From: the human T2T-CHM13v2.0 reference genome, Homo sapiens
NCBI RefSeq assembly: GCF_009914755.1
Contig: NC_060947.1
Strand: one strand, 5' to 3'
Length of the DNA stretch: 64,000 bases
The first letter of the stretch is position 1; each line of letters opens with the position of its first letter. Below the pieces are notes generated by a model that was given only the letters and a program-made list of their open reading frames with translations, was not told the origin of the DNA and made no database searches. Of this stretch, positions 40,738-62,186 are shown one piece after another. The position numbers and the translations under genes are program-made.

Positions 40738-40986
40738 ATCTATATGTGAATATATATTATATCTACTATATTGTGTTATGTAATTTAATATATAATGTAT
40801 TATATTCATAAATATATAGTATATATTATATATGTACATATATATTATAGGACATATATAACAATATATACTAATATTACATATTATAGTATATATAATG
40901 TATTATATATAACATAATTATATATCATATACATATGTATATATTACATATTTATGTATATAATATATAATATACATACATATATA
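40738..40986. repeat. (TA)-rich low-complexity tract
   Basis: Degenerate tatata/taata/cata repeats. Confidence 0.9.
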
Positions 40987-41599
40987 GCTAAATTGCTTAA
41001 TAAACTTAAATTTTTCATAGATGCTCCATATATCAACTTTAGTTTGATAAGAATACTCTAACAGAGGCCTAAAACATGAAAAATAAACAAAATCAAAGAG
41101 AAAAGCCTAGTCATTTGTATTCAGATATATGTGCACTGGTATATGTGTATTTATCTCAGTATCATTTTAATATGCAACCTCTTTATTAAAGCAACCATAT
41201 TCTTTTCAGTCTGTACATAGAGAGTTATTTAGGGGTAACTGAGTTAGTCATAATCAAATAAATAAGGTTTATATGAAAGGATCTTACAAAGTTAATATGG
41301 GGGCCAGATTGCTTTAGTGTGCTGGAAACATTCATCTTCCATAACCTTCAAGTTTTTAATGAGTGAAATAGGGATTATTATTGAATATCATGTTGAGAGA
41401 GATTAACTAATAAGCCATAATAACTGACAGAGTTTCAGGCAGTTCATTCATTAGAGTGTGGACTCCTTGGGGACCTTGTTTTATTTGTCCTTAATGACCA
41501 ACAAAGTGCTATCCATGTCTGTTGAATGAAGAAATAAATGACTGACTTCAGTTTTTTCCATTTTCACTTACCATGTCATAATTACCTAATCACTCTAGG

Positions 41600-41780
41600 A
41601 CACTGTATGTTAAAGTATAGTCCAATGCAACTTGCAATAGAATCACCTAAATATCTTCTAAAAAATGCGTTATTCTAGGTCTTAGTTCCTATCTACTGAA
41701 TCAGGATTGGGGAGAAGTGTTATCAAAGACTTTGCATCTTAAAAAAGTCTTCTAGGTGGTTTTTATGTAACTCTGCAGGA
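41600..41780. mobile_element. MER5A-like
   Basis: gcaatagaatcacct...ctactgaatcag...tttgcatcttaa. Confidence 0.55.
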
Positions 41781-42354
41781 GACCTGCAAATCATTACTGA
41801 TTAGAAAATTTATTAAAAAAATACAAGCAACAGGAAAAAATGCTTAACTTTCCTATTTGTAAGTTTCTTTCTTCATTTTGTGAACATTTGTGAGATTTGT
41901 GTAGAATTTGAGGATTAAATGTTCATTCTTTTCTGGCATAAAATAAAGAGCAGTCAAGACACACACACACACACGTGCACACACAAAGACACACAGAGAC
42001 ATATACACAGTGATTGCCCTCAGTCAAACACAAATCAAGCAGAAGAAAAAAAAAATCAAGATTGATTACACCCATTTAACACTTGACATTTTAATCAGAG
42101 TTGTTGGCAGTTCCCCGTTCCTGAGTAGCTATACTAACTTGCAGCAAAATCCTACGGAGCTCTGATTTCCTGAACACAGATTTTTTAAACTTTTTTAGAG
42201 ATATATGTATGTGTTTTACAGGTGTCTTTTGAAATCAATGTTTATTTAAAAAGCTGTTTTGGCAGTATTTATAACTTACTAAACTGTGGTGTGTGGGTAC
42301 TTATTGTGACCTTAGTGATGTTTTTAATATGTGGGTTAAAATTATCAAGAGTGT

Positions 42355-42704
42355 AAAAAAGAATGAAATAATGTCTCTTGCCGCAACTTGGATAGAACTG
42401 GCGGCCATTATTCTGAGTGAAGTAACTCAGGAATTGAAAACCAAATAATGCATGCTTTCACTTATAAGTGGGAGCTAAGCTATGGGTATCCAAAACCATC
42501 CCGAGTGATAAATGGATTTTGGAGACTCAGAAACGGTGAGGATGGAAGGGAGTATGGAATTAAAAAGTACATATTAGGAACAACATATGCTACTCTGGTG
42601 ACAAGTGCACTAAAATCTCAGATTTCACCACTATAAAATTCATCCATGTAACCAGAAACCACCGGTACCCTCGAAACTATTGAAAATAAAATAAAATAAA
42701 ATAA
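42355..42704 (+). mobile_element. L1PB (PB2/3-like) 3' end
   Basis: cacttataagtgggagctaagctatg...tgcactaaaatctcagatttcaccac followed by an (aaaat)n tail. Confidence 0.88.
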
Positions 42705-42751
42705 TTGGTAAGGTATTTTGGACGGAAAATTATCATCAGTGTGTTAATATT

Positions 42752-43132
42752 TGCTGTGGTTTGAATGTGTCCCCCAAAGTTTATGTGTTGAACACTTTAT
42801 CCCCAATGGAACAGTGTTGGGTGGTAGGGCCTAGTAATATGTGATTATTAGTTCATGAAGGCTCTGCCCTCATGAATGGATTAATGTCATTATTGTGTGA
42901 GTGAGTTTATTATAAAAGCAAATTCTACCACCTCTTGCACTCGTGCTCTCACCCTCTCTTCCCCTTCCACCTTTAGCTATGGAATGATTCAACATGAAGG
43001 CCCTCACCAGATGCTGGTGCCATGCTCTTGAATTTCCCAACCTCCAGAACCATGAGCCAAATGAATTTCTGTTCCTTGTAAACTACCCAGTTTGTGGTAC
43101 TCTGTTATAACAACCAAAAATGAACAAAGAAG
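42752..43132 (+). mobile_element. MSTD-like solo LTR
   Basis: tgctgtggtttgaatgtgtccccc...ggctctgccctcatgaatggattaat...ctccagaaccatgagcc. Confidence 0.85.
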
Positions 43133-43939
43133 ATACCAATAAAATTTGTTTTACACATTTAAGTCTATAAATAAAATACATTGCAAAAAAGTTATTCTGA
43201 CATTACAACTTTTGTTCAGCTCATTGTCAAAGGAAATATAAGTTTCCCTGAAAAGGCTTATTTCATATTTCTGTTACATTTTCCATAATAGAGTAATGAT
43301 TTGGATTCAGTAAATACTTGATGAGCTAATCTTTTATCTAACTAAATAGAGTATTTAAAAAATTCTGCTGGCAAAATAATTACAAAACACATGTGGGAAA
43401 AATTAAACATTAATATAATAATACTATTGGATCTACTACTTAAATTCACAATTTATTACTGTTTTCATTTTCTTGGTAGAACATTTTCAGCAAAAATCAA
43501 GGATTCATTAAGAATTAAGATTTAAAAATTTCTAAATGATTGGCTAAGAGAGCCAGAGTTCCAAGGGAATCCCAAATTAAATCTTGTTATATATTCAGCA
43601 AGGGATTAGTAAATGTGTTATGATCTAAATTGTCCATATTATCAGTTTAGTTATCAATAGTATTGAGAGGAGTTATGAAATTACAAGAATGGCAGAAACC
43701 ATGGTGTGTGGTAGGTGGAGAGTAAGTCAAGAGCAAATGTGATACCAGCATATCAAAGATTAGAAAGTAAACTACCTTATTTTCTAATCCGTGTTTATGT
43801 TTAGGTCTTTGACTTAAGCAGAAGATACAAATATATCTTTTCAATGTTAAACTTTATATATATATATTTTTTTAAAATATTAATTGAAAATAGAAAATAT
43901 TCATCTTCACTTCATAGGGGAAACTAATTCTACTTCAAT

Positions 43940-44490
43940 CATACTTGGCTGCCAAAACAGTATTCTGCTCCTCTTGCTGATGTGATGAACACATGGATCA
44001 TGCCAGGAATGTCATATTACTTTATAATGATGGATGGATGGCACCAAGCTTAAGAATATGATCAGAATCAAGTTAAACAGAGTTCTTCCCGGGAATTCTT
44101 AAATTGAACTGGAGGTAGAGTCTTCTTGCCTGCTAATCATTGGGCTATCTAATTGATTAAGAGAATCAAGACTCTTGTAGCAATTCTTCAAAGTTGTGCG
44201 CAATAAGAGATGATGAAATTAATACTGATTGCTACACACTTAGCAATAAGAGAAAATGAGAGAAATATGTGGAGGTAATGTGAGAGGTGTTCTGTAGAGA
44301 GTGATAAAGGAAAAAAGAAAAAAGAGATCAGAAATAAATGAGAAGAGGGAAGGAGAGAAAGAGAAGGAGAGGGAGAAAGAGCAAGAAAGACTGAGATCTA
44401 GAGCTCTAGCTTTATTCCTGGATATCCCAGTTATGTAAAATGATATATTCCTTTTTTTAAATTAGTTTCTGTTATTTGTAACAGAAATTA
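43940..44490 (+). mobile_element. Old MLT1-type LTR remnant with GA-rich tract
   Basis: atcagaatc...ttcccgggaatt, cccagttatgtaaaatgatatattccttttt...ttctgttatttgtaac. Confidence 0.4.
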
Positions 44491-45335
44491 TACTAACTAC
44501 TAGAAAAAGGATTAGTGTTAGATGAATTAGGTGAACAGTTATCTCATTAAAAGATAAGCCCATCATGGCCTGCATGCCTTACCCTAAACAAGAACTAGAC
44601 AAATCTTTATTTGATATTTGATCTGAAAACAAATATAAAGTGTTTCCAGAACACATTCTTCTTCTCACTATCAAAAAATCTGTTGCTTTTATTTAGTATA
44701 GAATGTCTAAATACATCTTCATCACTGAATACCTTTGAAAACTCAGATAATCTCTATCTTAAAGATGTTTTTCTTTTAAATGGGGAAAAAGTAAGACAAT
44801 AATAAAATGTCACAACTTCACGGAACTTTTAAAATCATCTTTTATATTTTGCCCGAAATACTTGGTATATTTACATATTTTCTTGAGTAAAAGATTCTAG
44901 GGTAAAATGGTAAATGTAGGTTAAAAAAAGTTGATCATATTTTGATGAATCATAGGAATTTTCAAAGCCCATAAGATATTAATTTCCATTGTTAATTTCC
45001 AAGAAAAGGATAAGGGTAACCATGTTTCCAAAAAAGTATTTGTTTATGCAAAATTTGTATTAAAACATAAAACCACTGACTTTAGTTTGGTACTTTTTCC
45101 CTTACAATATGGGGTACTAACTTATCCTTAACATTATAAAATATTATATTTTTATGAATGTTAGTAAATTAAGATACAGCGAAATACTACATACCTGTTA
45201 AATACAATAAACGATGTATATTTTTGCTGATATTAAAAGATCCTATCATGAATGATGGTAGTCATCTGTCAGGTAAAAGGCTTGGGATGAATTCTGGATG
45301 ATCATGTGTTACTGCTCACTGGAAAGGGTTTAATA

Positions 45336-45775
45336 TGTGTCTTGGTCTGTTTGTGTTACTATAAAGGAGTATCAAAGGGCAGGTAATTTATAACAATAAA
45401 AAGGTTTATTTGTCTTACAATTCTGATGTCTGAAAAAGGTCAGGATTGGTCATATGCATCTAGTGAGTGTCAAAGGCTGCTTCCACTCATGGTAGAAGGT
45501 GAAGAGGAGACAGTATGTGCAGAGATCACATGGCAAGAAAGAAAGCAAGACAACAGTGGAGGGAGGTGCCTTGCTCTTTTAAACAACCAGCTTTCACATG
45601 AACTAACAAAGTTCATGTGAAACAAAGAACTCCCTCACTACTGCAAAAATGACACCAAGGCATTCATAAAGGATTCACCCACACGACCCAAACACCTCTC
45701 ATTAGGACCCACCTCCAACATTGAGGATCAAATTTCAATATGAGGTTTGTGGGTACAAACATTCAAACTGTAGCT
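45336..45775 (-). mobile_element. MSTB-like solo LTR
   Basis: gctgcttccactcatggtagaaggtgaag...cccacctccaacattgaggatcaaatttcaa. Confidence 0.85.
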
Positions 45776-46079
45776 ATAGAAAACTTACACACCAAGGATG
45801 CAGAAAGAGAAAGTATAGGTCTCAAATCTTCCCATATCCCACAAAGATGCATGCCAGGGCCAGGTGCTGCTGCTGGACATAGTTTAAGTCAGTGTTCTAG
45901 GACAAGCATACTGCCGCTCTGTTTTCTCCTTATAACATAAGCATGAAAGCAATCTCCGTTAATGAGAGAACAAATAGGCTGCTTGGCAATATGCTAAGTT
46001 TTTACTAGAAACATCTGGGGAGTCATCTGCCAATCACCTTGGGAGCCTGTAGGAGACTGGCTTCAAAAATGGCCCTTAC

Positions 46080-46116
46080 CTCCAACAGAAAACAACAACA
46101 GCAACACTGGCTTCAT
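46080..46116 (-). pseudogene. Candidate first coding exon (signal peptide MKPVLLLLFSVG)
   Basis: Minus strand accATGAAGCCAGTGTTGCTGTTGTTGTTTTCTGTTGGAG|gtaagg: Kozak-like ACCATG, hydrophobic run, strong phase-1 donor. Confidence 0.55.
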
Positions 46117-46627
46117 GGTATGTGGACTGAGTTTAGCTCCTCCGTTTGTGAGAAGGTCCTCCACTCCACAGGCAATCCTAGCTTGTTTATTGTGCTATTA
46201 ACCCAGGGAAAGCTTTCTGGTTCATTTTATGAAATTCCAGGTCACATCACAGATTTATAAAATATACTTTAGGTAAAAAAACAAAGCAAGGTGTGGGACA
46301 GCTTATATTTTATGAAAATATTTGACTAATTTACATTTTTTTCCCTAAAGGCAATCTATCAACAATCTTAACTTTAAAGAGTGATAGAGTTAAATTGGGA
46401 ATGTAGGAGGGACTTTTTAAAAAAAATTTTTATAACTTTCTATGCTGTTTGAAATTTTTGAACAATGAATACATATTGCTTATATTGAAATAATATTTTA
46501 AATTATTTTCTCAAATATCACATATCTAAGACATTATATGTTTTCCTTTAATTAACATAAATCTTAATAAAATGGGAATAGACAAACATATTTAAACTCC
46601 TGAAGAAAAGTACATGGTATATTTTAT

Positions 46628-51610
<4,983 letters not shown>

Positions 51611-51735
51611 ATATCTCTAGAATCTAGAGAATATGTTGAAAAAACTTTATCCTATACAATTATCTGGTGCTGCTTCACATGTTCCAGCAATATCTATCTA
51701 TCAGGAAATAGACTATCCAAATAAAACATACTGTC

Positions 51736-52370
51736 AGCGGGAAAGATGGCTGACTAGGTGCAGCCAGGTGGAACAGCTCCCACTGAGGGAGCAAGACAAC
51801 TGGCATGCTCCTAACCTATCTTCAGAGGGAAGGCATTGAGAGTGGACGGAGGAAAGACACAGAAACTAGGTTGAAAGGGGAGAAAGCTGGGAACCCTGCA
51901 CAGGGTTACCATGAACTAGGACTCATTTCTGGCCCACAATGGCTCCAGGGGAATAGGTAAGTTGAACTGGCAAGCAACAACCCACTCTCACCACAGGCCT
52001 CTGAAACCCATCAGCCATCATGGACACTGGAGTTGGCTGGGAGAGCTGCTTAGAGAAGTTACAGGGGAGCAAGCCAGCTGATGTGGCGCCCAGAGGATTT
52101 GGTGCCAGAGCATCTGTAGCAGAGCACAGCCAGGAACAGTCACCCTCCTAGGCTGAACTCACTCCCAAAAGAGATTTTAGCCCTAGAGAAAATGTGAGAA
52201 CTGATCTCTGCAGGGTGGTCTTGCACATCAGATGGAGCTAGCCCAACCTGGGCACCTCTTGGTCTCCTGGCCTTTTCTGGGACCCCAGCCTAACCATGCC
52301 TGCTTGCAGGACAATCTCAGTTGACCTAGGGGCCTGCATCATAGTTTCTGTACTGTCAGACTGTGGCTTA
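51736..52370 (+). mobile_element. L1PA-type 5' UTR fragment
   Basis: gggaaagatggctgactaggtgcagccaggtggaacagctcccactgaggga. Confidence 0.7.
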
Positions 52371-52374
52371 GCAC

Positions 52375-52670
52375 ACATGGTATTCACAAAGTACTCAATA
52401 TAAAAAACTGCTAAACATGAAGAAGTCAGAAAATGTAACTCAAAATTAAGAAAAATTAAGCAAATTCAGTAGAAACAGACTTCCAGATGACCCAGATGTT
52501 AGAATTAGCATTGAAGGACGTCAAAGCAGCCTTTAAAATATTTTCAAGGACATTTTGGAAAATATGGTCATAATAAGGGAACCTCAGCATAAAAATAAAA
52601 ACTATAAAAAAAGAACCCAATGGAAATTCTAGTACTGAAAAATACAGTATTTGAAAAAGAAAAAAAAAGT
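52375..52670 (+). mobile_element. Old L1M ORF1-start fragment (appears to resume at about 58375-58650)
   Basis: cagatgacccagatgttagaattagc...ggaaattctagtactgaaaaatacag. Confidence 0.6.
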
Positions 52671-52674
52671 AGAA

Positions 52675-55580
<2,906 letters not shown>

Positions 55581-55583
<3 letters not shown>

Positions 55584-56610
55584 AAATGGCCTAAGTGCTC
55601 CTCTTAGAAGATACAGAACTGCAGAACGGATAAGAATTCACCACCCATCAAATGCCTTCAAGAGACTCGCCTAACACATAAAGACTCACATAAACTTAAA
55701 GTAAAGGAATGGAAAAAGGTATTTCATGCAAATGGATGCCAAAAGCAAGCAGGGGTAGCTATTCTTATATCAGACAAAACAAAATTCAAAGCAACAGCAG
55801 TTAAAAAAGACAATGAGGGACATTATATAATGGTAAAAGGTCTTGTACAACAGAAAAATATCACAATCCTAAACATATATGCACCTAACGTTGGAGATCC
55901 CAGATTTATAAAATAACTACTAATAGTCCTAAGGAATAAGATAGACAGAAACACAATAATAGTGGGGGACTTTAATACTTCACTGACAGCACTAGACAGG
56001 TCATCAAGACAGAAAGTCAACAAAGAAACAATGGATTTAAACTATACCTTGGAACGAATGGACTTAGCAGATGTATACAGAACATTCTATCCAACAACTG
56101 CCGAATACACATTCTATTCAACAGCGAATAGAACTCTCTCCAAGAGAGACCATATGATAGGCCACAAAATGAGCCTCCATAAATTTAAGAAAATTGAAAT
56201 TATATCAAGCACTCTCTCAGACCACAGTGGAATAAAACTGGAAACCAAGTCCAAAAGGAACCTTCAAAACCATGTAAATACATGGACATTAAATAACCTG
56301 CTTCTGAATAATTATTGGTCAAAAACAAAATCAAGATGAAAATTTAAAAATTATTTGAACTGAAAGACAATAATGACACAACCTATCAAAACCTCTGGGA
56401 TACAGCAAAGGCAGTGCTAGGAGAAAAGTTCATAGTCCTAAATGCCTACATCAAAAAGACTAAAAGAGCACAAACTGACATTTTAAGGTCACACCTCAAG
56501 GAACTAAAGAAACAAGAGCAAACCAAACCCAAACCCAGCAGAAGAAAGGAAATAACCAAGATCAGAGCAGAACTAAATGAAATTAAAACAAAAAACAATA
56601 CAAAAGACTG
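55581..56610 (+). mobile_element. L1PB ORF2 endonuclease region
   Basis: ORF 55962-56339 GDFNTSLTALDRSSRQKVNKET...SDHSGIKLE. Confidence 0.93.
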
Positions 56611-58175
56611 CTTGATTTTTAAAACTTATTTACACCTCTTTGTTAAACTTCTCTGATAGGATCCTGATTCTTTTCATTGTCTAATATGAAGTTTTTCTAG
56701 CTTCCTCAAAACATTTACTTTGAATTCTCTGTCTGAAAGGTTACATATCTCTCTCATTCTGGGAGTGGTCACTGATGTCTTATTTAGTTTGTTTTGTGAA
56801 TTCATATTTTTCTAAACTGTCTGGATGCTTGTGGATATTCATTGATGTCTGGGCATTTAACAGTTAGATATTTATTGTAGCCTTCACAATCTGGGCTCAT
56901 TTGTACCTGCCTTTTTTGGGAAGGCTTATTAGGTATTCAAAGGGATTTGGGTGTTTTTACCTAAATCTTTGGTCAGTGCAGCTATATCTGCACTATGGAG
57001 CAGCCCAAGCCCAGTAATGTTGCAACTCTTGCATTCCCATAGAGGTACCACCTTGGTGGGCTTGGGCAAGATCAGGGAGATTTCCCTAAATTATCAGGCA
57101 GAGTCTCATTCTTTTTCCTCACTTTCTTCCAATCTGGAGTTTCTCTCTCCATGCTGCGTTGCCTAGAGTTGGGAGATGGATGATGCAAACACTTTCACGG
57201 TCAGCATAGCTGGGACTGTGCTGGGTCATGCTTGAAGCCAGCATAATACTTGGTCCCACCCAAGGCCTGTAGTGACTACTGTCTATCTATCACTGACATT
57301 TATTCAAGGTCCAAGGGCTCTTTAGTTAGGTGGTAAATCCTTCCAAGATTAGATAATTTCTTTCAGTGTACTAGGTTCCTCCCTGGCCCAGAGTGGGTCT
57401 AGAAATGCCATCCAGAAGGAAGAGCCTGCAATCTGAATCTACTTTGTGCTTTATTTTACTTTGGTCCAGCTGGTATTCAAGTTGCAAAATGAAGTCTTTT
57501 TTACTCTTCTCTCTTTTTTTTCCACAAAAGGAAGGGGTCTCTCACTGTGCTGCACTGCCTAGAGTTGTGGGATGAGTGACAAAATACTCCCTTGGCCACC
57601 ACAACTGATGTATCACTGAGTTGCATGCATTCCAATTCCGCTGGCTTTAAGCCCAGCCCCAGATCTGTCCAAGAACTACAGTCCTTGTGGCCTGAATGCC
57701 CTTCAAATTTATTCAGGACCCCAGGGCACTTGAGTTAGCCAGTGGTAGAGCTAGCCAGAATTCAGGTTTTAACGACTAGTGTGGAGGATTCCTCTCTGAC
57801 TGGAACTAGTTTAAATGTTCTCTCCATGGGCAATGACAATTATGTCCTTTATTGTGTTCCACTGTGACAGGACAGCACTGAGTTCCAATGCAAAGTCCCA
57901 TAATTACTTTGCTGTCTCTCCCCCAAGCACACAGATTCTCACTCCACAGTGCTGGAGGATAAAGAATGGGTAGTATAGTCAATGCAAGACTTCTTTCCTA
58001 CTCTTTGCAATGTGTGTTTCCTTGCTATATAATGGTAAAAACAGGTACTGTAATTACTCCCCTGATTTTTGGTTGTTATGAAGGTGCTTTCTTTCTTACA
58101 TGTGAAATTGTTCAATCTGGTGTTCCTGCGAGGGGATAATTACTGGAGGGATTCAGCCATCTTGCCTCAACTCCT
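56611..58175 (-). mobile_element. Older L1 (PB4/MA-like) 5' UTR and ORF1 start
   Basis: ttgaattctctgtctgaaagg...gttccaatgcaaagtccca...cagccatcttg. Confidence 0.7.
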
Positions 58176-58227
58176 CCAGTTTCGGTCTCTGATATGTCTG
58201 TCGTGAATATTTTCTTTAGTATTCTTC

Positions 58228-58370
58228 TTATGGTAATGAAACTGTTCTAAAATTGGTGTGGTATTTTTTGCACAACTCTGAATATTCTAAAAAAACATTA
58301 AATAGTACACTTTAAATGGGTGAATTGTATGACATGTGAAATATGCTTTAATAATGCCACTATTTAAAAA
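58228..58370 (+). mobile_element. L1M 3' UTR fragment
   Basis: gcacaactctgaatattct...gtacactttaaatgggtgaattgtatg. Confidence 0.7.
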
Positions 58371-58669
58371 AATCTTTATAGAATTAACAGCAGATTAGAG
58401 ACTACACAGGAAAGGTTTAATGAACTTGTAGACAGATCCGTAGAAATTATTAAATCTGAAGGTCATAGTACACACACAAAACACAATATTATGGCATATG
58501 ACATAATACCAAGTGGTCTATAATAGATGTAATTCAAGCCCCAGAGATTAAAAAAAAAAAAAAAAAAGAAAACTGGGGAGAAAAAGTATTTGAAAATATA
58601 ATTGCTAAAAATGCTCCTAAATGTGGTGAAAACAACAACCTTTGCTTTCAAATCTAAGAAGCTCACACA

Positions 58670-58960
58670 CACACACAAAATTACCATGGCATTGTAGTGG
58701 AGAAAGAGTTTAATACACACAAGGCCAGCCACGCCATGTGGGAGATGGAGCTCTTACTTAAATCATGTCATCCAAAGCTCATAGATTAGAAGTTTTTCAA
58801 AAATAGTTTGGAGGAAGGGGTGGGGGTGGCCAAGTATCAGGTGCTTGCTGCTGATTGGTTGGGGTGGAGATAAAATCATAGGGGGTCAAAGCTGTTCTCC
58901 TGTGGGCTGAATCACTTCTGGGTAGGGCCACTGGAATGAGGTTAGCAGTCCAAGGTTTGG
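58670..58960 (-). mobile_element. ERV1 LTR8-like fragment
   Basis: gagaaagagtttaat...gctgattggttggggtggagataaaatcataggggg. Confidence 0.6.
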
Positions 58961-59014
58961 TGGAGAGAAACTGTGCCATTCTGAACCATACTTAGATAGA
59001 GTTTAAATTAGAAA

Positions 59015-59352
59015 ATAATTCATAGAAACAGAGAGTAAAATGGTGGTTACCATAGGCCAGGGAGTGAGGAGATTTTAAAGCTATCAGTCAAAAATACAAA
59101 ATTTCAGTTAGACAAGAGGAATAAATTCAAGGGTTCTACTGTACATCATGGCGAACATAGTTGATAACAATATGTTGTATAGTCAAAAATTGCCGAGAAT
59201 AGATTTAAGTGTTCTCACCACAAACATTATAAGCATGTGAGGTAATGCATATGCCAAATAGCTTGATTTAACCATTCCACAATATATTAAAAAATCATGT
59301 TATATCTCATAAGTATATTCAGTTTCTATTTGTCAATTTAATAAACAAGAAA
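59015..59352 (+). mobile_element. L1MA 3' end
   Basis: acagagagtaaaatggtggttacc...atttcagttagacaagaggaataaattcaag. Confidence 0.85.
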
Positions 59353-60442
59353 ATAATCCTGTGTAAAATCCATTCTTTCATAGTTTGATATTTCGATTTT
59401 TTTAAAAAACTTTTATTTTGAAAATACCTAGTTGTCTTAAATGGCACTTAATTTACTGTATTGCCAACTCAGTTCAAGTCATTTCCATTTCTTTTGTAAA
59501 TTTTCTTTTATGGCATTACTATTATCCAAGGAAAGTGGTTTTCAGGTAGGATCATTAATCTTTCATCAAATGAAAAAAAAATTTTAAACAATTTCTGTCA
59601 ATCAGGAAGATCCAGCTACCAATCCCAAGTGAAGACTCCAGCCGTCTGGAGGACTTCGACGATCATAACTGTACCAACCGCAGACCTCAACTCACTGCAT
59701 CTTCTATGGGTTCAGAGTTGCCAAGGAGGACTCAACACTGAAGGCAGTGGTTGGAATAACGCTTTACTCACAGAATGAAGATGCAGTGGGGTCAGCATCT
59801 GCAGTATGCACTTGTCTTTTGTGGCCAGTGGGTCCCTCCCCAGCAGTGAACTGCATGCACCCCTTTACTCCTCTCTTCGTGCTGCAGGCAAAAGCCCCAT
59901 TCCCTTCCCTCAAGGAGGCAGATACACTGGTGGGACTGGCCAGGGGCCATATGGCCAGCCCATGATTAAGCAGTAAAAGGAAGCTCACTACATACCCAGA
60001 AAAGGGGAAGGGTTTCTCCTAATAAAGAAGAATAATCTGGGGCCAATTAATAAGTCTGCACTCGGGTCCACATGGGGAAATATTCCAGGCCCAGGATATT
60101 TACTGGGCAATTCCAGAGAGGGCAGGAGGTCCCGAGATGGCTGCTGCTTCCTCCAACAGTTTTTAACATGTTAAGCATGAAATAAATACTAAAGACTAGG
60201 GAACATTTTGTTTTATAGAACCCCTAAAGGGATTGAGAATTTGTATGTGGTTCAGTGGACAAGAATCTAAGAACAATATAAAGTAAAAAAAAGAAGTGAT
60301 ACAAACTTATCAGTTTGGCCTGCTGCTTAAAAGTATGGTAAGCATAAAAGTAAACAGCTGAAGAGTGAAAAGGCCGAAACAAATGTATAATATCTAATTA
60401 CATATTTCTTGTAATTTGAAATTATAATAAAAGATAACTAGC

Positions 60443-61301
<859 letters not shown>

Positions 61302-61349
61302 ACTGGATAAATCAGGGGGCTGACAAATACATCATGATAGTAATGGAAG

Positions 61350-61570
61350 GGAGGCAGTATAATGTAATGTTTAATAGTCCTGCTCCTTGGAGTTTTAAGT
61401 CCTGACTATGCCGTTTCTTAACTGTTCTTCTCTTTAAGCTTTATTTTCCTTACATAAAAAACAAGGATAATAATGGTAACCAACTCATAGTATTTATTAC
61501 TGAGAGGACTAAATCATAAATATATTTAACCATCTGTCAGATAGTTTATTCTCATATATGTTAGTTATTA
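61350..61570 (+). mobile_element. MIR
   Basis: aggcagtataatgtaatg...ggataataatggtaaccaactcatag. Confidence 0.6.
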
Positions 61571-62186
61571 TCACTTGTATTTTCTATATATTGTATTTTA
61601 TTTTTATTTTCATCAAAGTAATACTTGCAGGTTGCAAGATGATATGTACTAAAGATCAGATTGAAAAGGAAATCAGTTTACACTTCTATCCTCACTTGTC
61701 AAAGGAAACTGTTTTAATCAATTCTGGTTATAGTTCTTTTGAGAATTACCTCTGTGCTCTAAATGTGTTTTCATAATTATTTCTTGGCACAATCTGTTGA
61801 ATCCATGCTATGAAAAATAGACTTAGATCAATAGAATCAATAGCACTATTCCCATCTCTTTTCCTTTCCCTTTCCAATTCTTGATAGTTTTTTATTATTT
61901 GTATTTCTTCTATTTGTTACTTATATAATTCTTAGTAAATATTTGCTTCTTGTTCTTTAAATTTTAGATAGTTCTCTTAATGCCCCACAATATAAGAAAG
62001 GATATTAGAGCCCTAATCTTCTCTCCATTGCTTCTCTTATTTTCTGTCAGCTGTAATTTACTTTGCATTGTCAATATTGATGTTCATATTGACATCATTT
62101 TCATTTTGAACTGTAGTCTTAGTTAGATATTTATAACAACCTTTATGATACCACAGATTTATAATTACTGTTCACTAGAGAGGTAA

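Noticed and set aside
40738-40986. AT-rich palindromic tract as a structured RNA
   Set aside because: Self-complementarity is trivial for degenerate (TA)n.
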